Source: a virus (Duplodnaviria > Caudoviricetes). Taken from it: a stretch of DNA of 35,196 nt. The stretch's first letter is position 1; every line of letters starts with the position of its first letter. Both the position numbers and the translations under genes were made by a program. The stretch spans positions 1-35,196 of IMG/VR virus record IMGVR_UViG_3300007004_000007; one strand, written 5' to 3'. Under the pieces are notes generated by a model. It was not told the origin of the DNA, searched no databases, and worked only from the letters and a program-made list of their open reading frames with translations. This document shows positions 7,765 to 15,851 of the stretch, in pieces.

Positions 7765-9171
7765 ATGGGACTTTCTCTGGCAGAACGCGTAGCGGAACTG
7801 CCCGCGCAGGAGAGGCATCAATGGGTGCTGTCCCAACCACCTGACATCCTTGCCGAGATAGCGCGTGAGGAATGGTGGTGGACAGCCCGGCCGGAGCAGA
7901 TTCCACCCGGCGGGGACTGGTCTTTGTGCCTCATCCTCGCCGGTCGTGGATTCGGCAAATCCAGGCTCGCATCGGAATGGTTGGTCCAGCAGGCTTTGGA
8001 CCACCCTTATGATCGTCAGGGTTTCCCCACTGAATGGTTGATGATCGCCCAGACCCTGTCTGATGCAAGGACCATTTCCATTGAAGGCCCCTCGGGTGTT
8101 CTGCGTGTTTTGGACCGGCGCGAGATCCCTTATACCTACGTCCGTCATCCGAAGCCGACGATTGTTTTCACTGACACCGGGTCGCGTATCTACTTCCTTG
8201 GTGCGGACTCCCCTGACGTCGGGCGTGGTTACAACGCCGCAGGTGCGGTGCTGGACGAGATCTGCAAATGGAAACGTCCGAAGGAGTCCTGGTACGAGGG
8301 CATCATGCCTTCGCTGCGCGCTGACCTGGTCAATGATCATCCACGGACGTTGATCACCACCACGCCTAAGCCGATTGAGCTGCTTCGTGAATGGGTGAGC
8401 CGAACCGACGGCACCGTCAGGCTCATTCGAGGATCGACATTTGACAATGCAGCGAACCTGTCCCACTACACCTTGGAGGAGTTGCAGCGCCGCTATGCGG
8501 GCACGTCCATCGGCCGTCAGGAGCTGCACGGTGAACTGCTTGACATCCGCGATGGAAGCATCTGGAACTTCGCCGACATCGACCTCAACCGGGTTGAATC
8601 CGTAGATGACATCATATTCACTCACGTCACCGTCGGGGTTGACCCGACTCTCACCGACGACGGAGACGAGATGGGTGTCATCGTCGTGGGCCGCGACGCC
8701 CGCAACCACATGTACGTCCTGGCCGACGAATCCATTCCAGCGGCCGGGCGTGTCGCCTATCAGCACATCTGGCAGGTCTACTACCGCTGGGGTGCCGACA
8801 CCGTCGTCATCGAGGACAACATGGGTAAAAAGCTCATGAAAGAGACATTGCGGGACACTTTCCTTGAAATGCGCGACCAGGACATGATGTTCCCCCAGCA
8901 CTCCCGGCCCCCGGTCAAGACAACCGACTCACGCATCAGCAAACGGCTTCGAGCTGAGCCAGTGGCGCTGCGATACGAGCAGAACAGCGTCCACCACCAC
9001 GGTGGATTCAGTCAGCTTGAGGAAGAAATGTTGAACTTCGATCCCACCGACACCCATGCCTCACCCAACCGGATGGACGCCCTCGTCCACGCTTGTAGGC
9101 ATCTCATGGCCGGGGAACGCAAACACATGCGCACCACTGCGCCATCTTCTATGTGGATTAATACCCGTTGA
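7765..9171 (+). CDS. terL: terminase large subunit
   Basis: Walker A AGRGFGKS, Walker B AVLDE, TTTP, nuclease VGVDP and NRMDALV. Confidence 0.95.
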   Translation: MGLSLAERVAELPAQERHQWVLSQPPDILAEIAREEWWWTARPEQIPPGGDWSLCLILAGRGFGKSRLASEWLVQQALDHPYDRQGFPTEWLMIAQTLSDARTISIEGPSGVLRVLDRREIPYTYVRHPKPTIVFTDTGSRIYFLGADSPDVGRGYNAAGAVLDEICKWKRPKESWYEGIMPSLRADLVNDHPRTLITTTPKPIELLREWVSRTDGTVRLIRGSTFDNAANLSHYTLEELQRRYAGTSIGRQELHGELLDIRDGSIWNFADIDLNRVESVDDIIFTHVTVGVDPTLTDDGDEMGVIVVGRDARNHMYVLADESIPAAGRVAYQHIWQVYYRWGADTVVIEDNMGKKLMKETLRDTFLEMRDQDMMFPQHSRPPVKTTDSRISKRLRAEPVALRYEQNSVHHHGGFSQLEEEMLNFDPTDTHASPNRMDALVHACRHLMAGERKHMRTTAPSSMWINTR

Positions 9172-9208
9172 GTTACCTTGTTGGGGTATGTCCGTTTACT
9201 CTTAGATC

Positions 9209-9511
9209 GTGATCGAGCCTTATGTCCTCATCGTCTTGGCCCTAGCCGTGGCGAGGGCATGCGTCCTCATGGTCGAAGACGACATCACCGAATTCATCCG
9301 AGTGGCTGTCGGGCGCAAGTTCGGCATCGAAAGCCTCGCCTTCCGTGGAGTCATCTGCCCCTGGTGCTGGGGCATCTGGTTCTCCGGCCTGTTCACCATC
9401 ACCACCTACGCCCTGACCATGCCTTTCAGTCTCATCACAGCCTGGTACGCCTTCCTTGCCTTCCTGGCCGTGGCGTTCACAGGTTCCTTCCTCGCCAGCC
9501 GGATCGGGTAG
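9209..9511 (+). CDS. DUF1360-like membrane protein with CPWC motif
   Basis: ALAVAR...LMVEDDIT..IR...CPWCWGIW with about 3 TM helices. Confidence 0.75.
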   Translation: MIEPYVLIVLALAVARACVLMVEDDITEFIRVAVGRKFGIESLAFRGVICPWCWGIWFSGLFTITTYALTMPFSLITAWYAFLAFLAVAFTGSFLASRIG

Positions 9512-9514
9512 CCC

Positions 9515-11401
9515 ATGCCAAAGCCCATGATCGCCTCAGGTCCGGTCATCGAAGGTGAGCTGATGGCGAGTTTGCCGGTGCCCAAGTCGCTGATCGCCTC
9601 AGCCGCTGTCATCAAACCCAGCGACCAGCTCTGGGACACCTACCGCTTCACCATGGAAGCGTGGCAGACCGAATGCTGGCGCTACTTCCACAGCACCCCT
9701 GAGCTGCACTACATCACCGACTACGTGGGCTCAGCGTGTTCGCGGGTGCGCATCTTCGTCGCCGACGTCGACGCCCTTGGCCGAGTTGGTGGGGAGGTCA
9801 CTGACGATGACGAGATCGTGGCCATCTCCGACACCCTGTTTGGTGGACCGGCGAGCAAAGCTGAAGCCCTCAAAGCGATTGCGGCGAACCTGACCATCGC
9901 CGGGGAGTGTTACATCATCGGCAAGGCCCGCCGGGGCTTTGATCCTGACTCCTGGTCGGTTGTCTCCACCACGGAGCTGAAGCGCCGAGCCGGTCAGATC
10001 ACCGTTGATCTCGGATACGGACCATACAAGATCATCAAAGGTTCCGATCTGGTCATCCGGCTGTGGACCCCAGATCCGGAGCGGATGCGTTTCGCCGACT
10101 CCCCGACCCGCTCATGCATGCAGCAGCTGTATGAGCTGGAGCAGCTGAACCTGTTCGAACTCAGCCAGATCGACAGCCGCCTGTCCGGTGCTGGTTTGTA
10201 CTTCGTCCCCGCCGAGATGAGCACCCCGGCCACCGACTCCTCAGCGCCGCAGTCAGCTGACGACCTGTTCCAGATGATGGCTGAAGCGGCTAAAGCTTCC
10301 CGGACTCAGCAGGGCAGCGCCGCTGGCGTGGTGCCCGTGTTTGTCGAGATCCCTGGCGAATACCTGCAACACATGGCCGACAAGCCGATCAAGTTCGAGT
10401 CTGAGCTATCGGATCGGGTGAAGGAGTATCGCGAGACAGCCATCCGGCGCATCGCCAACGGTATGAACATCCCGCAGGAAGTCCTGCTGGGCATGGGCGA
10501 CACAAACCATCTGTCGTCCTGGCACATCGAAGAGTCATTCGTCAAGATCCACATCGAACCGTTGATGAACCGGATCTGCGACGGACTCACCCGGGCCTAC
10601 CTCCAGCCGCTGCTCCAGGTCATGGGCAAAGACCCGGAGCGCTACCAGCTGGCCTTCGACACAGCCCCACTCACCGTGCGTCCCAACCGGCTTCAGGACA
10701 CCATCAACCTGTACACCCTGGGCATCGCCAACGCCAAAGCTGTTCTACTCGCGGGCAGCTACAACCCGATGACCGACGCCATGGACGAAGAGGAAGACAC
10801 CCGCAAGTTCGTCCGGATGCTGATGGAACGCGACCCGACCCTGATCAACGTCCCTCAGCTGGTCGAAGCAGCTGGTCTGGACATTGAGATGCCCGAGCCG
10901 CTGGCCTTGGCACCCGGGGATCCCAACGCCCCAGGTCCACCACCCCCACCGGTTCCAGCGCGCTCCGTGGACAACCAGCCAAGGCCGGTGGCACCCGGGG
11001 ATCCTGGGCCAAGCCGGGGCAGCCAGGGCGGCACACCGATCCTGGCCTCAGGCATGGAGATCACCTTCGCACCTGACCCGATCCTGGCTGCCTCAAACGT
11101 TGTGGTGCGCAGGGCTTTGGAGCTTGCCGGGGGTCAGCTGCTGACCCGTCAGCATCGAGGTCAGTGGCCTGATCTGCCCAAGTTTGAGCTGCACACGAAG
11201 ATCCGGGTCCCTGCCCACGAGGCGGGTCGGCTGCTGGATCGTGGATTTGACTACCTGGTCTCAGATGTCGCTGCCATCGATGTGGACGTGGAACATCTGG
11301 AGCGAGCCCTTCGCAGTTACTGCGCCGATCTGCTGGTCGCTTCACGTCCACATGACATCGAGGATCTGCGTAAGCAGCTGCGGACCTGTGGGCTGATCTG
11401 A
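9515..11401 (+). CDS. portal protein
   Basis: 628 aa after terL; WQ.ECW.YF...PELHY, SRLSGAGL.FVP, AIRRIA.GM..P.EVLLG....NH.SSW. Confidence 0.85.
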   Translation: MPKPMIASGPVIEGELMASLPVPKSLIASAAVIKPSDQLWDTYRFTMEAWQTECWRYFHSTPELHYITDYVGSACSRVRIFVADVDALGRVGGEVTDDDEIVAISDTLFGGPASKAEALKAIAANLTIAGECYIIGKARRGFDPDSWSVVSTTELKRRAGQITVDLGYGPYKIIKGSDLVIRLWTPDPERMRFADSPTRSCMQQLYELEQLNLFELSQIDSRLSGAGLYFVPAEMSTPATDSSAPQSADDLFQMMAEAAKASRTQQGSAAGVVPVFVEIPGEYLQHMADKPIKFESELSDRVKEYRETAIRRIANGMNIPQEVLLGMGDTNHLSSWHIEESFVKIHIEPLMNRICDGLTRAYLQPLLQVMGKDPERYQLAFDTAPLTVRPNRLQDTINLYTLGIANAKAVLLAGSYNPMTDAMDEEEDTRKFVRMLMERDPTLINVPQLVEAAGLDIEMPEPLALAPGDPNAPGPPPPPVPARSVDNQPRPVAPGDPGPSRGSQGGTPILASGMEITFAPDPILAASNVVVRRALELAGGQLLTRQHRGQWPDLPKFELHTKIRVPAHEAGRLLDRGFDYLVSDVAAIDVDVEHLERALRSYCADLLVASRPHDIEDLRKQLRTCGLI

Positions 11402-12108
11402 TGGCTGGCCCATCTGATTTTGAGCCACGCATCCTCGGTCATGTGCGCGGCATGCTCAGCCGCTGGCTTGACGCGGTTCGCCAACTCGTGATGCGGGACC
11501 GACTGCACCCAGATCCCAGTGCCATAGACGCCACCAGGGCCGCGTGGAGCGCCGAAGTCGCCGACTTGGTACCTGAGCTAGCACATGTGGCTGGGGCCGC
11601 CTGGGAGCTGCAATCAGGACAGGACTTCATCGAGACAGACAGCTTTGTCATCGCCCAGCTCCAGCTCACCCAGAATCTGCTGGTCCGGATGCCTGACGAC
11701 GTCTACCGGATGATCTTCGACGCTATCGAATCCGGACATAGGGCAGGTGAGGACGTCGAGCAGATCGCCAGGCGAGTCGACGCCGTCCTCACCTTCACGG
11801 GCAGCGAAAACTGGGCCAACCGGGCAAAAGTGATAGCGGTAACGGAAACGCATAGAGCCTGGCAAAGTGGGACACTTGGGGCAGCAATGTATTACGAGCC
11901 GCCAACGGGACGCGGGTGGACTAAAACGTGGGACGCAGAGGAAGACGACAGCGCCCGACCAGCGCATCGTCGAGCAGATGGCCAAACCCGAAAGCTGCGC
12001 GACATGTTCCAAGTCGGTGGGGAAGACCTCGCGTATCCGGGAGACCCGAGAGGCATGGCAGCAAACGTGATTTTCTGCCGCTGCGATCTGATCATTAAGG
12101 AGGCGTGA
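11401..12108 (+). CDS. MuF-like minor head protein
   Basis: RAKVIAVTETHRA, KTW, R.AH..ADGQ, YPGDP...VIFCRC. Confidence 0.9.
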   Translation: MAGPSDFEPRILGHVRGMLSRWLDAVRQLVMRDRLHPDPSAIDATRAAWSAEVADLVPELAHVAGAAWELQSGQDFIETDSFVIAQLQLTQNLLVRMPDDVYRMIFDAIESGHRAGEDVEQIARRVDAVLTFTGSENWANRAKVIAVTETHRAWQSGTLGAAMYYEPPTGRGWTKTWDAEEDDSARPAHRRADGQTRKLRDMFQVGGEDLAYPGDPRGMAANVIFCRCDLIIKEA

Positions 12109-13790
12109 TGACCATCCGCTGGCATGGCCTTGTTGCCCCAGAAGAGGCAGCCACTGGGGACCGTCGCATGTTCGCCTCCCAGGCTCTGACCTATCGCGAG
12201 TTCCCACTGGCTGCGGGCTGGCAACGCGTCACCTCAGCCGGGCACGACGGTGCTGTCATCGTGGCCAGCTGGGATGCCCAGTACGCCGGAGAAGGTGGCA
12301 TCTGGGGTAGGGGAGAGTTCCTAGACCCCCGGGTCGTGCCAGAGGTAGTCGAAGCTGTCTACCTCCTGGACAAGGGACTCATAGGCCCAAGTGTTGACCT
12401 CGACCCCGACATGGCCTACGAAGTCGTCCCACATCCCGACCGGCCAGACGAAGACTTCGCTATCAAAGTAACCAGGGCCAACGTCCATGCGCTCACCTTC
12501 GTCATGGGACCGGCTTTCCCGCAGGTCCACATCACCGTCGACAACGACGAGGAGATGTCCATCCTCGCCAGCGCAGGTGTCCAACGGGTGACCTTCGCCG
12601 TTAACAAATCGAGTTGGCGCTCCATGCCCATCGCACCCAGGGAAACCCCGTTCACCTTCGACGAAGCCATCACCCGCATCGCCGAATGGTCAGGTGGGGA
12701 TCCGAGCAGATTCGGCAAGGCGTTCCTGTATCAGGACAAGTCGCTGCCGCCGACGAACCGGGAATCGTATCGGCTTCCCATCGCCGACATCCACAACGGC
12801 AAGCTGACCCTCATTCCCAGGGCTGTGTTCAGTGCCGGGACTTTCCTGTCCAACGGACACGGTGGTTTGGATGTGGTGCCCGAAGCTGAGATCACCCAGC
12901 TTCAGGAAGTCGTCACTCAGATCTACGACGTGCTGCGCGAAACCTACGCCGACCCCAGGGTCATCGCACCTTGGCAGCGAGGCGGACGGGCTGGAGCTAC
13001 TTCAGCTGAGGCGAAGCCAACCACCACAGCCACCCTGGAGGGGGCCGAAGTGTTCACATTGGAAGATGAATCCGCCCAGGCGGTTACTGCGGCTGGGATC
13101 CTATATCCGCCAAGGGTTGCGTTCGCTGACCCGAAGTTCAAGAAGCTCACCCCACTCACCGTCACCGATGATGGTCGGGTGTTCGGGCATTTGGCTCCGT
13201 GGAAACTTTGCCATCTAGCTGTTGGCAACAAATGCGTCCTTGCCCCGAAGTCTGCTACCAACTACCAGTATTTCAAGCAGGGATCCGTCAAATGTGACGA
13301 CGACTCCATCATCCGGGTCGGAAAGATTACCATCGGCATCGGCCACGCTGACAAAAACTTCGGGGTGATTCCAGCTGCCGAGCATTATGACGACGCGCGG
13401 GCATGCGTGGCCGTGGTTAACGCAGGTGAGGACAAGTTTGGCATCTGGGTTGCTGGTACTTTGGTACCAGAGGCGGATGAGGCCAGGGCTGCTCAGCTGC
13501 GTCGCAGCCCCTTGTCGGGTGACTGGCGCAGGGTGAACGGCAACTTGGAGTTGGTGGCCGCACTGGCAGTTAACGACCCAGGATTCCCGATAGTAGGCGA
13601 CGAATCGCTCACTGCTGCTCTCATGGTGACCGAGGGACAGTCCGTGCATGAGCACACCGATCACGTGAGCATCTTCAACGACGTCGATGTCTTCCTGGAT
13701 CTTGCCGACCGGGCGGACCGAGCCCGCATCGTTTCTGAGGCCTTTCAAGATCTGCTACCTTCCGATGACAGCTGCGGCTGCGCAGCCTGA
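12105..13790 (+). CDS. capsid maturation protease-like multidomain protein
   Basis: Position in head module; TGDRRMF N-domain, middle YRLPIAD..NGKL domain, C-domain GRVFGHLA.W..CH...SGDWR...LELVAALAVN.PGFP. Confidence 0.7.
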   Translation: MMTIRWHGLVAPEEAATGDRRMFASQALTYREFPLAAGWQRVTSAGHDGAVIVASWDAQYAGEGGIWGRGEFLDPRVVPEVVEAVYLLDKGLIGPSVDLDPDMAYEVVPHPDRPDEDFAIKVTRANVHALTFVMGPAFPQVHITVDNDEEMSILASAGVQRVTFAVNKSSWRSMPIAPRETPFTFDEAITRIAEWSGGDPSRFGKAFLYQDKSLPPTNRESYRLPIADIHNGKLTLIPRAVFSAGTFLSNGHGGLDVVPEAEITQLQEVVTQIYDVLRETYADPRVIAPWQRGGRAGATSAEAKPTTTATLEGAEVFTLEDESAQAVTAAGILYPPRVAFADPKFKKLTPLTVTDDGRVFGHLAPWKLCHLAVGNKCVLAPKSATNYQYFKQGSVKCDDDSIIRVGKITIGIGHADKNFGVIPAAEHYDDARACVAVVNAGEDKFGIWVAGTLVPEADEARAAQLRRSPLSGDWRRVNGNLELVAALAVNDPGFPIVGDESLTAALMVTEGQSVHEHTDHVSIFNDVDVFLDLADRADRARIVSEAFQDLLPSDDSCGCAA

Positions 13791-13801
13791 GAGGAGTCAC
13801 C

Positions 13802-13939
13802 ATGTGCAACTGCAACAAAGCCAAGACCCAGTTCAGCGTCACCCTGGCCGACGGGACCACGAAGATTGTCGCCTCGGAGCAGGAGGCAAGGGCGCTGGTC
13901 AGGATCAAGGGCGGAAGCTACGCACCCAAGGCCAAGTGA
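13802..13939 (+). CDS. small CxC head-module protein (MCNCNK...)
   Basis: GAGGAG SD; 45 aa MCNCNKAKTQFSVTLADGTTK...RIKGGSY; absent from the ORF track. Confidence 0.75.
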   Translation: MCNCNKAKTQFSVTLADGTTKIVASEQEARALVRIKGGSYAPKAK

Positions 13940-13990
13940 GGTAAGCTCACCTAGGACGGCCTTCGCGGGTCATCTCCTTTCCCCAAGATG

Positions 13991-14038
13991 GAAAACCCCA
14001 GGTCTGGGGCAGTGACTCCCTCCGGACCTGGGGTTTTC
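13991..14038. terminator. bidirectional terminator
   Basis: GAAAACCCCAGGTC...GACCTGGGGTTTTC between convergent genes. Confidence 0.8.
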
Positions 14039-14044
14039 TGTTAC

Positions 14045-14566
14045 CTAGAAGTCATCGTCATCGTCATCGTCGGTGACGTCGACCTGGGGCATCGGCACAG
14101 CCTGCGCACCCAGGGCCGCCAGATCGTCAGCATCCAGCTCCGGGTTGTAAACAGCCGCCTTCTCGTCGGCCGGGGCCTGGATGACTTCAGCTGTCGCGCT
14201 GAATGTCATGCCACCCCGGACGATGGTGGTGCCGTCGGGGAGCCTGCGCCAGTCATTGTAGTAGTCCGCCGCGAGCCTCCTGACGCTCACCTTGCTGGGC
14301 ACTTCGGTTTGGTTGGGCAGCGCGATCCTCACAGTGACTACCGCCTCGTAGTCGTGCCGGACAGGCTCGACAATTCGAAGCAGCGGATCGATGTCGCTCA
14401 GGACATCCTGGATTTCGCCGCACCAGCCACGCTGGCGGGCCTCTCGGGTAGCTACCTCGGCAACTGTCCGGCGCAGACCCCGATACTTGCTCTCGAACGT
14501 CTTCGCCCTGGTCTCAGCTTCCAGGGCTCGGGCCTGCCAGTCGACCGGCGGTGTTGTTGACTCCAC
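14045..14566 (-). CDS. hypothetical protein with acidic tail
   Basis: GAAAGGA SD; EARQRGWC motif; ends DDDDDDDF. Confidence 0.75.
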   Translation of the reverse strand: MESTTPPVDWQARALEAETRAKTFESKYRGLRRTVAEVATREARQRGWCGEIQDVLSDIDPLLRIVEPVRHDYEAVVTVRIALPNQTEVPSKVSVRRLAADYYNDWRRLPDGTTIVRGGMTFSATAEVIQAPADEKAAVYNPELDADDLAALGAQAVPMPQVDVTDDDDDDDF

Positions 14567-14783
14567 TATGAATCCTTTCCCTTCAGACGAATAACGTGTT
14601 CAGCGGGACTGTGCGCTCATATCCGTAAACGGTTCGGATGGTGAGCAGCCCCGATTTATGGACGATCTCGATGACCGCAGGATCCCAGCTCTCATTCCAA
14701 CCGTTAACCCAATTGTCGGTTTGGTCAGCTGGATCAGGGGACGACAGCGATCTCGGCCCCTCTTTGGCTTCGGCCGCTTCATC

Positions 14784-14912
14784 TCAGTCCCATGCCCAGT
14801 TCAGGTGCAGCCACAACGCTGCGGCTAGGACCAGCCACAGGACATGGTCCAAGCTGATCTTGTAATACGGCAGACGCCAGATCAGCTCGAACAGCCAGGC
14901 CAGTGCACTCAC
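14784..14912 (-). CDS. 42-aa Trp/Leu-rich membrane peptide
   Basis: MSALAWLFELIWRLPYYKISLDHVLWLVLAAALWLHLNWAWD; starts 1 nt after the upstream stop. Confidence 0.55.
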   Translation of the reverse strand: MSALAWLFELIWRLPYYKISLDHVLWLVLAAALWLHLNWAWD

Positions 14913-14913
14913 C

Positions 14914-15111
14914 TCAGCTCGGTTCCAGGCCAGCGATGGCTCGGCGAACTACTGCCACATGATCGCTGGGCCTGAGACCTGGGATCTCGTCCCCGATCAC
15001 ATCTAGGGCCTCATCGACCCGGTCCGGTGGGCAGCCCAACGCGATTGCCAGGGCCGTAAATGCCATCGGGATCGCCGGATTTGGGCCCCCTTTGTGCCAG
15101 TCATCCGTCAT
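14914..15111 (-). CDS. hypothetical protein
   Basis: 65 aa, ATGA-coupled. Confidence 0.65.
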   Translation of the reverse strand: MTDDWHKGGPNPAIPMAFTALAIALGCPPDRVDEALDVIGDEIPGLRPSDHVAVVRRAIAGLEPS

Positions 15112-15290
15112 TGCGCACCTCGATCCGGGTCATAGAGACCGCAGTCCAACGCGAGTCCCCGCCCTTCAGCCCAGGCCTTGTACTCCACCCAGGTCAGACC
15201 CAGGAACTCGTGGAGTTCCAGATCATTGCTCAGGCCCTCATCGTCATGCCACTGGTCGATGGCATCGTGGATGTCACGTTCACGTTCCAA
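15108..15290 (-). CDS. conserved phage hypothetical protein
   Basis: AGGAG SD plus TTG start; IDQWHD...LHEFLGLTW.EY..W motif. Confidence 0.65.
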   Translation of the reverse strand: MERERDIHDAIDQWHDDEGLSNDLELHEFLGLTWVEYKAWAEGRGLALDCGLYDPDRGAQ

Positions 15291-15495
15291 CTTTGATCTC
15301 CTGGCATGGCTTGCAGATGTCGACCAGTTTGCCGTTGCGCCGTGATTGGATCCAGCCGGACAACCGGGCTTCGCGGCGGGCTTCTTTGGCGCTGTCGGCA
15401 AGAAGGGGACCGGTCTTCGACATGCACCCGAACATGGGCATCTTCGGATGGTTGGGACCATCACAGGACAGTTCCACTTCAACTGTCGCGCTCAT
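15280..15495 (-). CDS. small Zn-finger protein
   Basis: CD...C...AR..GW...DICKPC, a common actinophage pattern. Confidence 0.7.
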   Translation of the reverse strand: MSATVEVELSCDGPNHPKMPMFGCMSKTGPLLADSAKEARREARLSGWIQSRRNGKLVDICKPCQEIKVGT

Positions 15496-15660
15496 CTACT
15501 TCTCCGGCGTGAAGCTGGTGGAGTAGGACTCGGCGAGAAGTCGTTGCAGCACCTTGACCGCGTCGTGGCCCATGTCCCTGACGTCGTCGAGCGCTTCGAC
15601 CAGTTTGTGTTTGTCGATGACCCACCATTCGGGTTCCGGGGCCGGGGTTCGCTTAGGCAT
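15496..15660 (-). CDS. hypothetical protein (leaderless)
   Basis: MPKRTPAPEPEWWVIDK...; ATG 7 nt after TAGCGT. Confidence 0.65.
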   Translation of the reverse strand: MPKRTPAPEPEWWVIDKHKLVEALDDVRDMGHDAVKVLQRLLAESYSTSFTPEK

Positions 15661-15667
15661 ATCGGGG

Positions 15668-15760
15668 ACGCTACCCCATGCCACACATCTTGGCAACAGG
15701 GCAAATCGGGGGGTGCTAAAACGGACAAAAGTTGCCAAAGGAAGTAAAGCCACCTAGCAT
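15668..15760. promoter_or_regulatory. back-to-back divergent promoters
   Basis: Minus strand TTGCCA-N17-TAGCGT (15696-15668); plus strand TTGCCA-N17-TAGCAT (15732-15760). Confidence 0.7.
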
Positions 15761-15851
15761 GACATAAGCACGGATGGCTGCGGGCCTCGTGAGCACACCG
15801 AACAAGTCGAGCACTTGTCCACCGCCCACCATCCTGCTTAAGGAATCTGCG

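Noticed and set aside
7714-8901. 395-aa minus-strand ORF
   Set aside because: Antisense shadow of terL, typical of GC-rich coding DNA; no motifs.
15291-15482. N-terminal extension of ORF 15108..15482
   Set aside because: Overlaps the Zn-finger gene; the SD plus TTG at 15290 is the better start.
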